Shown here: one piece after another, positions 24,346 to 32,000 of the stretch
Layout of the letters: every line of letters begins with the position of its first letter
Numbering within the stretch: the stretch's first letter is position 1
Assembly (NCBI RefSeq): GCF_000091665.1
Contig: NC_000909.1
Span: 90,870 to 122,869, forward strand
Length of the DNA: 32,000 bases
DNA from: Methanocaldococcus jannaschii DSM 2661
GTDB taxonomy: Archaea; AGJL01; Methanococci; Methanococcales; Methanocaldococcaceae
Direction of reading: 5' to 3'
Translations under genes and position numbers: made by a program
The notes under the pieces: generated by a model
What the model saw: only the letters and a program-made list of their open reading frames with translations
What the model was told of the DNA's origin: nothing
Database searches by the model: none

Positions 24346-24828
24346 ATGAGTGAAGTGATAAAGGTTGTTGATGTAAAAATATTTCCACACAGATATTTGA
24401 AGGCAGAAACTACAGAGAAGGTATTAAATGAGATTTATGATTTGGATGGAATTGTTAGGGTTATAGTTCATGGACAACCCTTGCCAAAAACTGTTCCATT
24501 TGGTCCTGCAAGAGGATTGCCTGTAAATCACCAAGATAGAAAAGTTATTAAGGTTAAAGGCGAAGAAATGGAATTGAGAGTTAAAGTTGGAGAGATAATT
24601 ATAACAGTTGAAGGAGAAAAACTTGAAAAGATAATGGATGGAATAGAAGAGATATGTAAAAGAAACTTCCCATTTGGATATGATATCTATGTAGGTGCAT
24701 TTACTAAAATAAAGCCAACTGTAACTGATTATATGAAGTATGGAGATATTAGCAGTATAGACCCAAGATTGATTGGCATGGTAGATGCATCAGCAAGATT
24801 AAAAGATTCTGTAAAGATGATAAAATAA
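24346..24828 (+). CDS. mrtD: methyl-coenzyme M reductase operon protein D homologue (McrD/MrtD), stand-alone
   Basis: KIFPHRYLKAETTEKVLNEIYDLDGIVRVIVHGQPLP is a typical McrD N-terminus. ATG at 24346 follows GAGGTGA; the ORF-track start is 24325. Confidence 0.85.
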   Translation: MSEVIKVVDVKIFPHRYLKAETTEKVLNEIYDLDGIVRVIVHGQPLPKTVPFGPARGLPVNHQDRKVIKVKGEEMELRVKVGEIIITVEGEKLEKIMDGIEEICKRNFPFGYDIYVGAFTKIKPTVTDYMKYGDISSIDPRLIGMVDASARLKDSVKMIK

Positions 24829-24853
24829 ATAATTAAAAAAATATTTTTTATTT

Positions 24854-25498
24854 TTAAAATACTTTCAAATCAATACCTTCTATATAAACTCTTTTTCCCT
24901 CAACTTGCACTACTACTCCAGAATGAACCTTCTGCATCATACAGTGTTTTGGGATAAATTTAACAGTTTTTCCAACCTCTGGAACTTTACCTTCTACAAT
25001 TCCCTCAAATGCAACAACTATCGCTATACCAACATCTTTATACTCTATTTTTTCCCCAGTTATCCTATGGCTCGGTCCCACTACATGGATTATATAAAAG
25101 CCATGATACTCATCGATTATTTTAGCAAAGTGTGGAATTGGACAACCTAAAGGTCTATATCTTATATAATCTCCAACTTTAAGCTCTTTTTTATCCATAA
25201 TTAATAGTGTCTCTCTACAAGAACATTCATTTGGTAGAGGTTTTAATAGAAAATCTGCCTCATATCCATCAATAACTCCAATGTATTTTTCCTCTTTTTT
25301 AATTTTTCCTTTAATCTTTAAAATCTCTTTTAATTTTTCATAGTTTTCTTTAAATCTCTCCCTAAGCAAAAATGGGCAGTCCTCTAATTTTACATCTTTA
25401 TTTAATAATGCCTCAGCAAATAAATCACATCTCTTATAACCACAAGCTCCACAATTGAATCCTGGAAGATATTTGGTAATTTCATTTACATCGACCAT
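24854..25498 (-). CDS. protein with an N-terminal CdhE/RnfB-type [4Fe-4S] domain and an unknown beta-rich C-terminal domain
   Basis: [27 protein letters not shown] has the same CX2CX4CX16CP spacing as the CdhE N-terminus in this window. The likely start is ATG 25498, one nt after the upstream stop and preceded by GGGGAG. Confidence 0.7.
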   Translation of the reverse strand: MVDVNEITKYLPGFNCGACGYKRCDLFAEALLNKDVKLEDCPFLLRERFKENYEKLKEILKIKGKIKKEEKYIGVIDGYEADFLLKPLPNECSCRETLLIMDKKELKVGDYIRYRPLGCPIPHFAKIIDEYHGFYIIHVVGPSHRITGEKIEYKDVGIAIVVAFEGIVEGKVPEVGKTVKFIPKHCMMQKVHSGVVVQVEGKRVYIEGIDLKVF

Positions 25499-25499
25499 T

Positions 25500-26201
25500 T
25501 TACTCCCCTTCATATTCCATGAATCCATCTATTCTTCTTAAAATTCCTCTGTGATACTTTTTACTAACTCTTGTCTCTCCAACACATAAGGTGCAAATAC
25601 ACAATGGAGCGTTGTGTCTTAGCTCTTCATTTTCTAAATCTTTAATATCTTTGCTTTCAATAATCTCCTTGGCTATTTCAACACATCCCTGCCCTGTAAG
25701 TCCATTAACTTCATAAATTCTACAATTTGGGTTCATCTCTAAAACTCTTTCTCTAAAAACTTCTCTTTCAGCTTGAGAGATGATATCTCCTTTGGTTATA
25801 ACTACAATATCTGCACTTGTTAAGAACGGCCCTACTTTTCTTGGCGTGTTCGGCCCTGAAGTGGCATCAATGACACAAATTCCCAAACTGTTTTTTGTGT
25901 AAGGGGCACATCTATGGCAGAGACCAGCAGTTTCTATTAGTAAGATATCTCCCTTATCCTTAGCCCAATCAACCATTTCTTCAAAGTTGTATATTGCAAA
26001 GTGGTCTGGGCACATATCCTTACTTAAACCAACTAAAACAGGGATGCCCAATTTTTTATACCTGACATCATCGTCAGTATATAAACAGTCAATTTTTACA
26101 ACTACTGGCTTATATCCTTCATTAATTAAGGTTCTTATTGTGTGAATTAATACTGAAGTCTTTCCAGCTCCAGGGGTTCCTGCAACTATTGCCACTTTCA
26201 T
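25500..26201 (-). CDS. G3E-family (HypB/UreG/CobW-like) P-loop GTPase, putative metallochaperone
   Basis: [10 protein letters not shown]-loop, [12 protein letters not shown] (switch II followed by a Cys/His cluster), TKGD (NKxD-like), and a C-terminal CICTLC. The start overlaps the upstream stop (ATGA). Confidence 0.75.
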   Translation of the reverse strand: MKVAIVAGTPGAGKTSVLIHTIRTLINEGYKPVVVKIDCLYTDDDVRYKKLGIPVLVGLSKDMCPDHFAIYNFEEMVDWAKDKGDILLIETAGLCHRCAPYTKNSLGICVIDATSGPNTPRKVGPFLTSADIVVITKGDIISQAEREVFRERVLEMNPNCRIYEVNGLTGQGCVEIAKEIIESKDIKDLENEELRHNAPLCICTLCVGETRVSKKYHRGILRRIDGFMEYEGE

Positions 26202-26983
26202 CCTTTCACCATTAGGCTTATATCTTCATGAGTCAATCTCTCTCCAAACCTAATCTTTTCTCTTAAAGAGAGTAGCCAGTTATCAACCTCATTTATTTTT
26301 CTTGAAATTTCCTTCTCTTCTTCAGTAGTTTCTATAATCTTCTGCATTCCTCCGTTTCTCATCACTATCCTTCTATCAGTCATTAAAGCCAAGACAGGGT
26401 CGTGAGTTATAACTAAAACAATCTTTCCATATCCTGCCAATAACTCTAAAGCCTCATGCTTCTTTATTCCAGCGTTTTCAATCTCATCTATTAAAACTAT
26501 GGGAGAATCGCTTATTACAGCTACATCAGCAACCATTAAACTTCTTGACTGCCCTCCACTTAGGATTGTTAAGTTGTAGTCTTTCTTTATTGGCTCTCCT
26601 GTTAATCTATTTGCTAATTCTATGACTTCATCAACAATATTTTCTCTATAAACTCCCCTACTCTTCGCATGCATTAAAATAAACTCCTCTACAGTCATGT
26701 CTGCTAAAAAATTCATGTTTTGAGATAGTTGGGCAATTCTTCTCTTTTTTGGGTCTCTTCTCATCTCTATTGGAGGAACTTCTCCATTAACTAAAATTCT
26801 TCTCTTGGAGATGGTATCTCCTTGAGCTAACTGCTCTATATCGCTGATTAAATTTGATTTCCCACTTCCTGTTGGCCCAACAACACCGACAATCTCTCCT
26901 CTTTTTATTGTAACCTCCCTTACAGGTTCTGGATTGCCGTTCTTGTCATAACCACCGATAATTGTTATCTCCTTAATTTCCAT
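26198..26983 (-). CDS. soluble ABC-type ATPase (single nucleotide-binding domain, no permease partner in the operon)
   Basis: GPTGSGKS Walker A, LSGGQ signature, VLIDEIE Walker B and ITHD H-loop. Confidence 0.85.
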   Translation of the reverse strand: MEIKEITIIGGYDKNGNPEPVREVTIKRGEIVGVVGPTGSGKSNLISDIEQLAQGDTISKRRILVNGEVPPIEMRRDPKKRRIAQLSQNMNFLADMTVEEFILMHAKSRGVYRENIVDEVIELANRLTGEPIKKDYNLTILSGGQSRSLMVADVAVISDSPIVLIDEIENAGIKKHEALELLAGYGKIVLVITHDPVLALMTDRRIVMRNGGMQKIIETTEEEKEISRKINEVDNWLLSLREKIRFGERLTHEDISLMVKG

Positions 26984-27189
26984 ATTCCCATCCTAAAAAT
27001 TATTTTTTCTTATAAGAAAAATTGATATATATATTTACATTATAAGGTTATTTACAATTACTATTGGATAAACAGTTTTATATAATTTTTGATTTTTTGC
27101 AGAATAATTTAATCTATTAATTTAAATTAATAAATATAAAAGATAAAAAAAGAAAACACCTCTTAGATGAAATTTATTTCTAAAAAAAG

Positions 27190-27312
27190 ATGTATCTACC
27201 CTTGGAAAACCGTGGCCTTCATTGAAGCCATAACGGCTACTCGGCACGGCCGCCTTGTGGGTAGAATGCCGAGGTGGTTTCATCCCCTGCGGAAGGTCGC
27301 CACCCGGGACAT
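27190..27312. ncRNA. GC-rich structured island, candidate ncRNA or 3'-UTR structure of unknown class (strand unresolved)
   Basis: ~120 nt of ~60% GC in AT-rich spacer. Helices: TCTACCC (27195-27201)/GGGTAGA (27259-27265), GGTGG (27273-27277)/CCACC (27300-27304), and an internal CCGTGGCC hairpin. An alternative helix CTCGGCA (27240-27246)/TGCCGAG (27267-27273) is possible. ACA triplets follow the stems on either strand. Confidence 0.5.
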
Positions 27313-27361
27313 ATATTAATTTATGCAAATTGTGGTATATATATTTTATTCCAACAATTAT

Positions 27362-28276
27362 TTATTTCTCAAGCCAGCCAAAGTATTTTTCTATTATATA
27401 CCAAGCTCCCTGTGGAGGAATTAACCCCACCTCTGTTATTATAGCATCTATATACTTAGCTGGTGTTACATCAAATGCGGGATTCCTAATTTTTATTCCT
27501 TTGTATTTATCTTCAAAAACTGCAACTTCCTCTGGGCTTCTTTCTTCTATCTCAATTAGCTCTCCAACTATAGTCTTTGGATGGAATTTGTATGTTTCAG
27601 CGGCTGTTAAAAAAGGTACTCTACTTTCATTTGCTATTAAAGCAATTTGTGAAGTTCCTATTTTATTTACAAGGCAACCATTTGCTGTTATGGCATCAGC
27701 TCCAACGACGACAATATCTATCTCTTTTATAAAGTACCTCACTGCAGAATCTACTATTAGGGTTACATCAATACCATAATCATAGAGGGTTTTAGCTGTT
27801 AAATATCCCTGATTTCTTGGTCTTGTCTCTGTGCAGAAAACTTTGATATCTTTTCCTTCATCGTAAGCAGTTTTTATAACGCTTATTGCAGCTTCAGAGT
27901 TGCAGTGAGTTAAGATAGTGTCTCCATCTTTTATTCTATTTGCTCCAAACTTTCCTATATTTTCAATTGCCTTTAATGATGAGTTGATGAATTCATCAGC
28001 TCTCTCTATAACTCTTTCTTTTGGATTTTCTTCATTTAAGCCCTTTAATACATACTTTACAACATTTGGTAGAGAAACAGCTGTAGGTCTTGCTGATATT
28101 AATATATTTCCTGCCTCTCTCATTTTATTTTTGAATTCTTCTTCATTTAAATGGCTAATTTTTAGAGCATATTCTTTTAATGCCTTAGCTGCTGCTCTTC
28201 CTATTCTCCCCGCCCCCCTAATCTCCATATTTTTGATTTTTTCATAGGTTTCTTTTATAATATCCATTTCACTCAT
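27362..28276 (-). CDS. eIF-2B alpha/beta/delta-family protein, ribose-1,5-bisphosphate isomerase-like (e2b2)
   Basis: IRGAGRIGRAAA motif, TRP..QG and VVVGADAITANG motifs typical of the family. ATG at 28276 follows GGTG; the ORF-track TTG is at 28288. Confidence 0.85.
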   Translation of the reverse strand: MSEMDIIKETYEKIKNMEIRGAGRIGRAAAKALKEYALKISHLNEEEFKNKMREAGNILISARPTAVSLPNVVKYVLKGLNEENPKERVIERADEFINSSLKAIENIGKFGANRIKDGDTILTHCNSEAAISVIKTAYDEGKDIKVFCTETRPRNQGYLTAKTLYDYGIDVTLIVDSAVRYFIKEIDIVVVGADAITANGCLVNKIGTSQIALIANESRVPFLTAAETYKFHPKTIVGELIEIEERSPEEVAVFEDKYKGIKIRNPAFDVTPAKYIDAIITEVGLIPPQGAWYIIEKYFGWLEK

Positions 28277-28322
28277 TTTAAACACCAAAAATTTATTTTA
28301 AATTAATTTTTTATCTCTTTTA

Positions 28323-28655
28323 TCATATAAGTTTTTGTATGATTTTTAATTCAATCTCATCACATTCATTCTTAGAAAAATAGTTTCTTAATTCGTTCTC
28401 AAACTTTATGCCATGGTTTATTGATTTTATTTTAAAGTGTATAAGTTCGTGTAATATTATATAGTGGAGAAGTTCCTCATCAAAATTTTCAACAACATAT
28501 TTGTTTAATCTTAAAGTCTTTGTTTTAAAGGAAAATGAAGCAATTTTTTGTTTCATTGGTTTTATTTCTATATTTATGCTTTCATTGATATTTAATGAAA
28601 TTAAAATTTCATTAACAATGTCTTTAATATCTTTTTTATTTTCATTGATTTTCAT
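28323..28655 (-). CDS. small HExxH zinc-metallopeptidase-like protein (DUF45/YgjP/SprT-like C-terminal module)
   Basis: 110 aa with ILHELIHFKIKSINHGIKFENEL (HExxH-x7-H). It overlaps the hsdR 3' end by 14 nt. Confidence 0.7.
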   Translation of the reverse strand: MKINENKKDIKDIVNEILISLNINESINIEIKPMKQKIASFSFKTKTLRLNKYVVENFDEELLHYIILHELIHFKIKSINHGIKFENELRNYFSKNECDEIELKIIQKLI

Positions 28656-31600
28656 AATTCTCTCCCCATATTTCTTTTAAGATGAATTCAGAAACTAAAT
28701 TATCTGATAATTCAGCCACTTTTTTAGCGTCTTCATCTTTAATTTTTCCTTTTAGCTCTTTTAATAAATCTTCAAGTAATGCACATGACAATTCTTTTTT
28801 GAATTTTTTTCTTTGTAATTTTGATAATTTATTTAAATTTTGCATTTTAGTAATTAGTTTTTCAGTATTTTCTAAGTTCAATTTAATATCTTGGTCTTTT
28901 AATATATTTTCGCCTATATAGGTGCTTATTGATTCTTTTATTCTTTCAATTGATGATTTTCCTTTTATTTTTTTATCGTAGTTGTTTTTTAATTCCATAA
29001 GGTTTTTTATGGCGTTCAAATAAATTTTGTCATCTATCCTCTTCATAATCCAGTCTCTTCTTAATCTTTCCAATCTTTCTAATATTTCCTTATATATTGG
29101 GTCGTGCTGTTTATCTAAGATGCTATTTTTTAAAATAAAATAGTAATTTGCTACTGCTCTTTTTATCTCTCTCTTTCCAATATTTTCTTTTAAAATCTTA
29201 TCTAAATCATCAGGGTTGAGATTTATCTCTTCAATTACAGTTAAATCATCAACAAGCATTTTATTGTGTATAAATGATATTAATTCCTCCCAGAATTTTC
29301 TATTTGATTTCTTTTTTGGCTTTAGTTTTTTTATTAAGTAAGCATATATGAAGGATAGAAGTTCAATATCCTCAATATAAAAAATCTTTTGTGGATAAGA
29401 ACCTAATGCTTTATAAAGTTTGATTACTGCTTTTAAATCATCTATAAGCTTTAAAATTCTCGCATTTTTTCCGTCTTCTGCATAAAATGCAATTAAATCC
29501 AATTTTTCTTTTAACTCATTGTTATTGAAATCTTTGTTTTTTGTTAAAGTTTTAAGAGTATTTACATCTATGCTTAAATCCTCATCGTTAATTTTTAAAT
29601 TTTTTAATGATTCTTTAACCATTTCTAACTTTAATTTAAATTCTTGGAAAATCTCATCAATTGAACTAATTAAATTGTTTTTGAAATCTTCCCTAATCTC
29701 TTCCTCCGCCAACATGTTGTATAATGCCATAGTTTCGGTTAAAACTTTAAATAATCCAACAGAATCAACTATTAAACCAAATTCTTTGTCTGGATATGGT
29801 CTGTTAGTTCTTGCTATTGCTTGTAGTAATCTATGCCCATACAGTGGTTTATCCAAATACATAACCTTTAATCTTGGAGCGTCAAAGCCTGTTAAAAGCA
29901 TATCTGTAACTATCAAAATTTTTGGATTTTCTGAATTTAAGAATTCTTCTCTAATAATTTGGTTAATCTCATTAAAATCGTTAGAATTTCTTTCTTTTTT
30001 AAGTTTTTTCATGTATTCAATAATTTCTTTCTCTTCTTCGTTGTGGTGATATGTCATCACAACTTCAGCCCATTTCTCTGCCTCATCTCCAAACTTTTCT
30101 TTTAAATACTTATCAAGTGCTTTTTTAAATCTAACACACCCCAATCTATTGACTGCAACAACCATTGCCTTAAATTTGAAGTTTTCAGTATCTTCTTCTA
30201 TCCTATCAACTATATATTTTGCAACTTTATCAATTCTTTTGGGGTTTAATAAAATTGTTTTTGATTTATTTATATATTTTGGAAGTTTTTTTCTATCAAA
30301 TAGGTTAATATCTTCCCCCCTTTTAATCCACTCATCAATAAATTCTTTTATATCTTCTTCATCCAATGTAATTTGAATTCCTTCTGATTTGATATCTCCT
30401 TCTTTTACAATTTGATAAGTTAATGGGAGGGTAAATTTGTCTTTTATGGAATCTCCTATGAAATACACATCTAAATAAAACTCTCCCTTTTCTGGATACG
30501 AAAATTCTGTAAATGTGTTTTTTTCATTTTTAAATACTGGTGTTCCTGTAAATCCAAATGTAATGGCATTTGGAAATGTTATTTTTCTCATACCTCCCAA
30601 AATTCCGTATTGTGTTCTGTGAGCTTCATCTATCAGTATTAGAATATGTTTTCTTTTGATATTTCCTAAGTTTATTAGGTATTCTTCTTTTTTATCTTTA
30701 TCTTTTAGTTTTTTTAGGTTTTCTATATGTTTTTTATATTCTTCAGGGTTTTTTTCTTTTAGATGTTTTAGATATATGAATGCCAATATTATTAAAAGGT
30801 CTTTTAATCCTTTTATTTTTCCTTCTTTTTCTTCTTTTTTTAATTTATCTTCAATTTTTTTGATAATCTCTTCAATGGGTTTTGATAAATCCAAATCTTC
30901 GTCATCTTTATCCTTTTCCTTATTATTATCCTTTTCTTTTTTACTTCTTTCATATTGAAATTTTTGTATTGTTGTTGTGTAAATACCCCTAACAATAACT
31001 TTATTACTTAATTCACTCATTTTTATTGATTTTATGACTTCATAAAGCTTATTTATGCTGTCAATTCTTTTTAAAATGGTTTTAAATTTTTTCTCTTGGA
31101 TTGCTTCATAAAACTCTTTACTCTGCCTTTCTAAATCAACCCTATCAACTACAAAGAAAATAACAGGATTTTCTGAGAAGTATTTGTCTAAAAAATAATT
31201 TGCTATAAAAAACATAGTGTAAGTTTTTCCACTACCCTGCCAGTGCCAAATTAAACCCTTATTTTTACTGTCTCCACTTAAATATTCATCTATTCTTTTC
31301 ATTGCCTTCTTTGTGGCAAAGTATTGGTTGTATCTTGCGATGATTTTGCTTAAAGTTTTTGTTTTGCTGTATTCGTCTTTTCTGTAAAATATGAAGTATC
31401 TTATTATTTCAAGCAATATGCTTGGATTTAAGATATAGAAGATGTCATCTTTAACAACCTTTTTTCCATTAATTTTTTGTCTAATTCTCCAATAGTATGC
31501 TGGTAAGTGTATATTTTCTTTATACCAGTTTGGCATTGTTGGAGTATATAACTGCTCTTCTCCATAAGATATTGCAAACTGAACGAACCTAAATAAATCA

Positions 31601-32000
31601 GGGCTAAATTTTTCATATCTTCTTATTTGGCTTATTCCTTCTAAATGAGAGTCAATTTTTAATGTTGCCTTTGCCTCTATTATTACAACAGGGATTCCGT
31701 TAATGAACAAAGTTATATCAGGTCTTGAATTTTTTGGATTTCCTTTAAATTCTGCTTCGCATAAATAAAAAAATGTATTTTTATCTATATTTTTATAATC
31801 AATGAGTTTAAATTTTCTTTTTTCACTTTTTTTAACTACAACTTCAATACCGTATTTTAGGTAGTCCAATATTTTTATTTCATCTGCATTTTTAAGTTCA
31901 TTTTTTATAAAATCAATAACTTCTTTAACCTCTTTTGGAGTTAAATAACTTAGTAGAGTTTTATTTATCTCCTTAAATTTTTCTTCAAAAAAGTTTGGTA
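28642..32000 (-). CDS. hsdR: type I restriction enzyme R subunit (HsdR), 5'-partial; the reading frame stays open to the window edge
   Basis: PD-(D/E)xK nuclease motif PDITLFINGIPVVIIEAKA, helicase motifs WQGSGKT (I), LIDEAHRTQ (II), FGFTGTP (III) and QAIARTNR (VI). The ORF-track start is TTG at 31869, but the frame has no stop from 31870 to 32000. Confidence 0.9.
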   Translation of the reverse strand, partial: PNFFEEKFKEINKTLLSYLTPKEVKEVIDFIKNELKNADEIKILDYLKYGIEVVVKKSEKRKFKLIDYKNIDKNTFFYLCEAEFKGNPKNSRPDITLFINGIPVVIIEAKATLKIDSHLEGISQIRRYEKFSPDLFRFVQFAISYGEEQLYTPTMPNWYKENIHLPAYYWRIRQKINGKKVVKDDIFYILNPSILLEIIRYFIFYRKDEYSKTKTLSKIIARYNQYFATKKAMKRIDEYLSGDSKNKGLIWHWQGSGKTYTMFFIANYFLDKYFSENPVIFFVVDRVDLERQSKEFYEAIQEKKFKTILKRIDSINKLYEVIKSIKMSELSNKVIVRGIYTTTIQKFQYERSKKEKDNNKEKDKDDEDLDLSKPIEEIIKKIEDKLKKEEKEGKIKGLKDLLIILAFIYLKHLKEKNPEEYKKHIENLKKLKDKDKKEEYLINLGNIKRKHILILIDEAHRTQYGILGGMRKITFPNAITFGFTGTPVFKNEKNTFTEFSYPEKGEFYLDVYFIGDSIKDKFTLPLTYQIVKEGDIKSEGIQITLDEEDIKEFIDEWIKRGEDINLFDRKKLPKYINKSKTILLNPKRIDKVAKYIVDRIEEDTENFKFKAMVVAVNRLGCVRFKKALDKYLKEKFGDEAEKWAEVVMTYHHNEEEKEIIEYMKKLKKERNSNDFNEINQIIREEFLNSENPKILIVTDMLLTGFDAPRLKVMYLDKPLYGHRLLQAIARTNRPYPDKEFGLIVDSVGLFKVLTETMALYNMLAEEEIREDFKNNLISSIDEIFQEFKLKLEMVKESLKNLKINDEDLSIDVNTLKTLTKNKDFNNNELKEKLDLIAFYAEDGKNARILKLIDDLKAVIKLYKALGSYPQKIFYIEDIELLSFIYAYLIKKLKPKKKSNRKFWEELISFIHNKMLVDDLTVIEEINLNPDDLDKILKENIGKREIKRAVANYYFILKNSILDKQHDPIYKEILERLERLRRDWIMKRIDDKIYLNAIKNLMELKNNYDKKIKGKSSIERIKESISTYIGENILKDQDIKLNLENTEKLITKMQNLNKLSKLQRKKFKKELSCALLEDLLKELKGKIKDEDAKKVAELSDNLVSEFILKEIWGENYENQ

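Noticed and set aside
27225-27285. Possible permuted or split tRNA: CTCGGCAC and GCCGAGGTGG match the 3' and 5' acceptor ends of the tRNA-Met at 6557-6668 in permuted order
   Set aside because: No T-arm, D-arm or anticodon arm can be folded around these strings, and the short identities (8 and 10 nt) in GC-rich sequence may be chance. I retain it only as a note within the GC-island finding.
27122-27779. ORFs 27122-27328 (minus) and 27255-27779 (plus)
   Set aside because: The first spans only the GC-rich island and AT-rich spacer with no SD. The second is antisense to the well-supported e2b2-like gene and has the Ser/Ile/Leu-rich composition typical of shadow frames.
28642-31869. Calling hsdR an orphan R subunit
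   Set aside because: The genes downstream are unrelated, but the upstream side, where hsdM/hsdS usually lie, is outside the window, so orphan status cannot be judged.
1-32000. Selenoprotein genes (in-frame TGA) near tRNA-Sec
   Set aside because: All confidently assigned genes are uninterrupted ORFs of family-typical length. I saw no pair of adjacent same-frame ORFs split by a single TGA.

Overview
AT-rich archaeal chromosomal window. Gene content, order and several near-diagnostic proteins (IMPase/FBPase, Nop10, aIF2 subunits, CdhD/CdhE, MrtD) match a Methanocaldococcus jannaschii-type genome, roughly the MJ0097-MJ0124 region; the locus numbers are from memory and were not checked. About 30 protein genes are mostly housekeeping or methanogen metabolism. 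They include aIF2-beta, L37e, a homocysteine-biosynthesis pair (COG1900-CBS plus NIL-ferredoxin), SRP54, UbiX, a radical-SAM/TRAM protein overlapping an Upf1-like helicase, and a PAC2/PbaA-like chaperone. Further along are a DHPS-like protein, pyruvate kinase, IMPase/FBPase, a SemiSWEET-like protein, SecD, CdhE/CdhD, ArfB, Nop10, aIF2-alpha, MrtD, and an ABC-ATPase/G3E-GTPase/Fe-S-domain operon. The window ends with a ribose-1,5-bisphosphate isomerase-like e2b2, a small HExxH protein, and a type I restriction R subunit that runs off the right edge. RNA genes are an intron-containing tRNA-Met(CAU), tRNA-Leu(GAG) and tRNA-Sec(UCA). Two cas-less CRISPR arrays (5 and 2 repeats) share a ~190-bp leader. 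The most unusual content is non-coding. (1) GC-rich, modular stem-loop cassettes sit exactly at gene 3' ends. Three of them are bracketed by duplications of the 3' end of the host gene (two tRNAs and the SemiSWEET-like gene), which looks like an att signature, although the inserts are only 80-240 bp and non-coding. (2) Two classes of AT-rich inverted-repeat pairs bracket promoter regions. (3) A ~120-nt GC-rich structured island lies 3' of e2b2. Many ORF-track starts are TTG/GTG extensions upstream of a clear GGTG/GAGG Shine-Dalgarno plus ATG, and I trimmed those. No rRNA, IS element or cas gene is visible.
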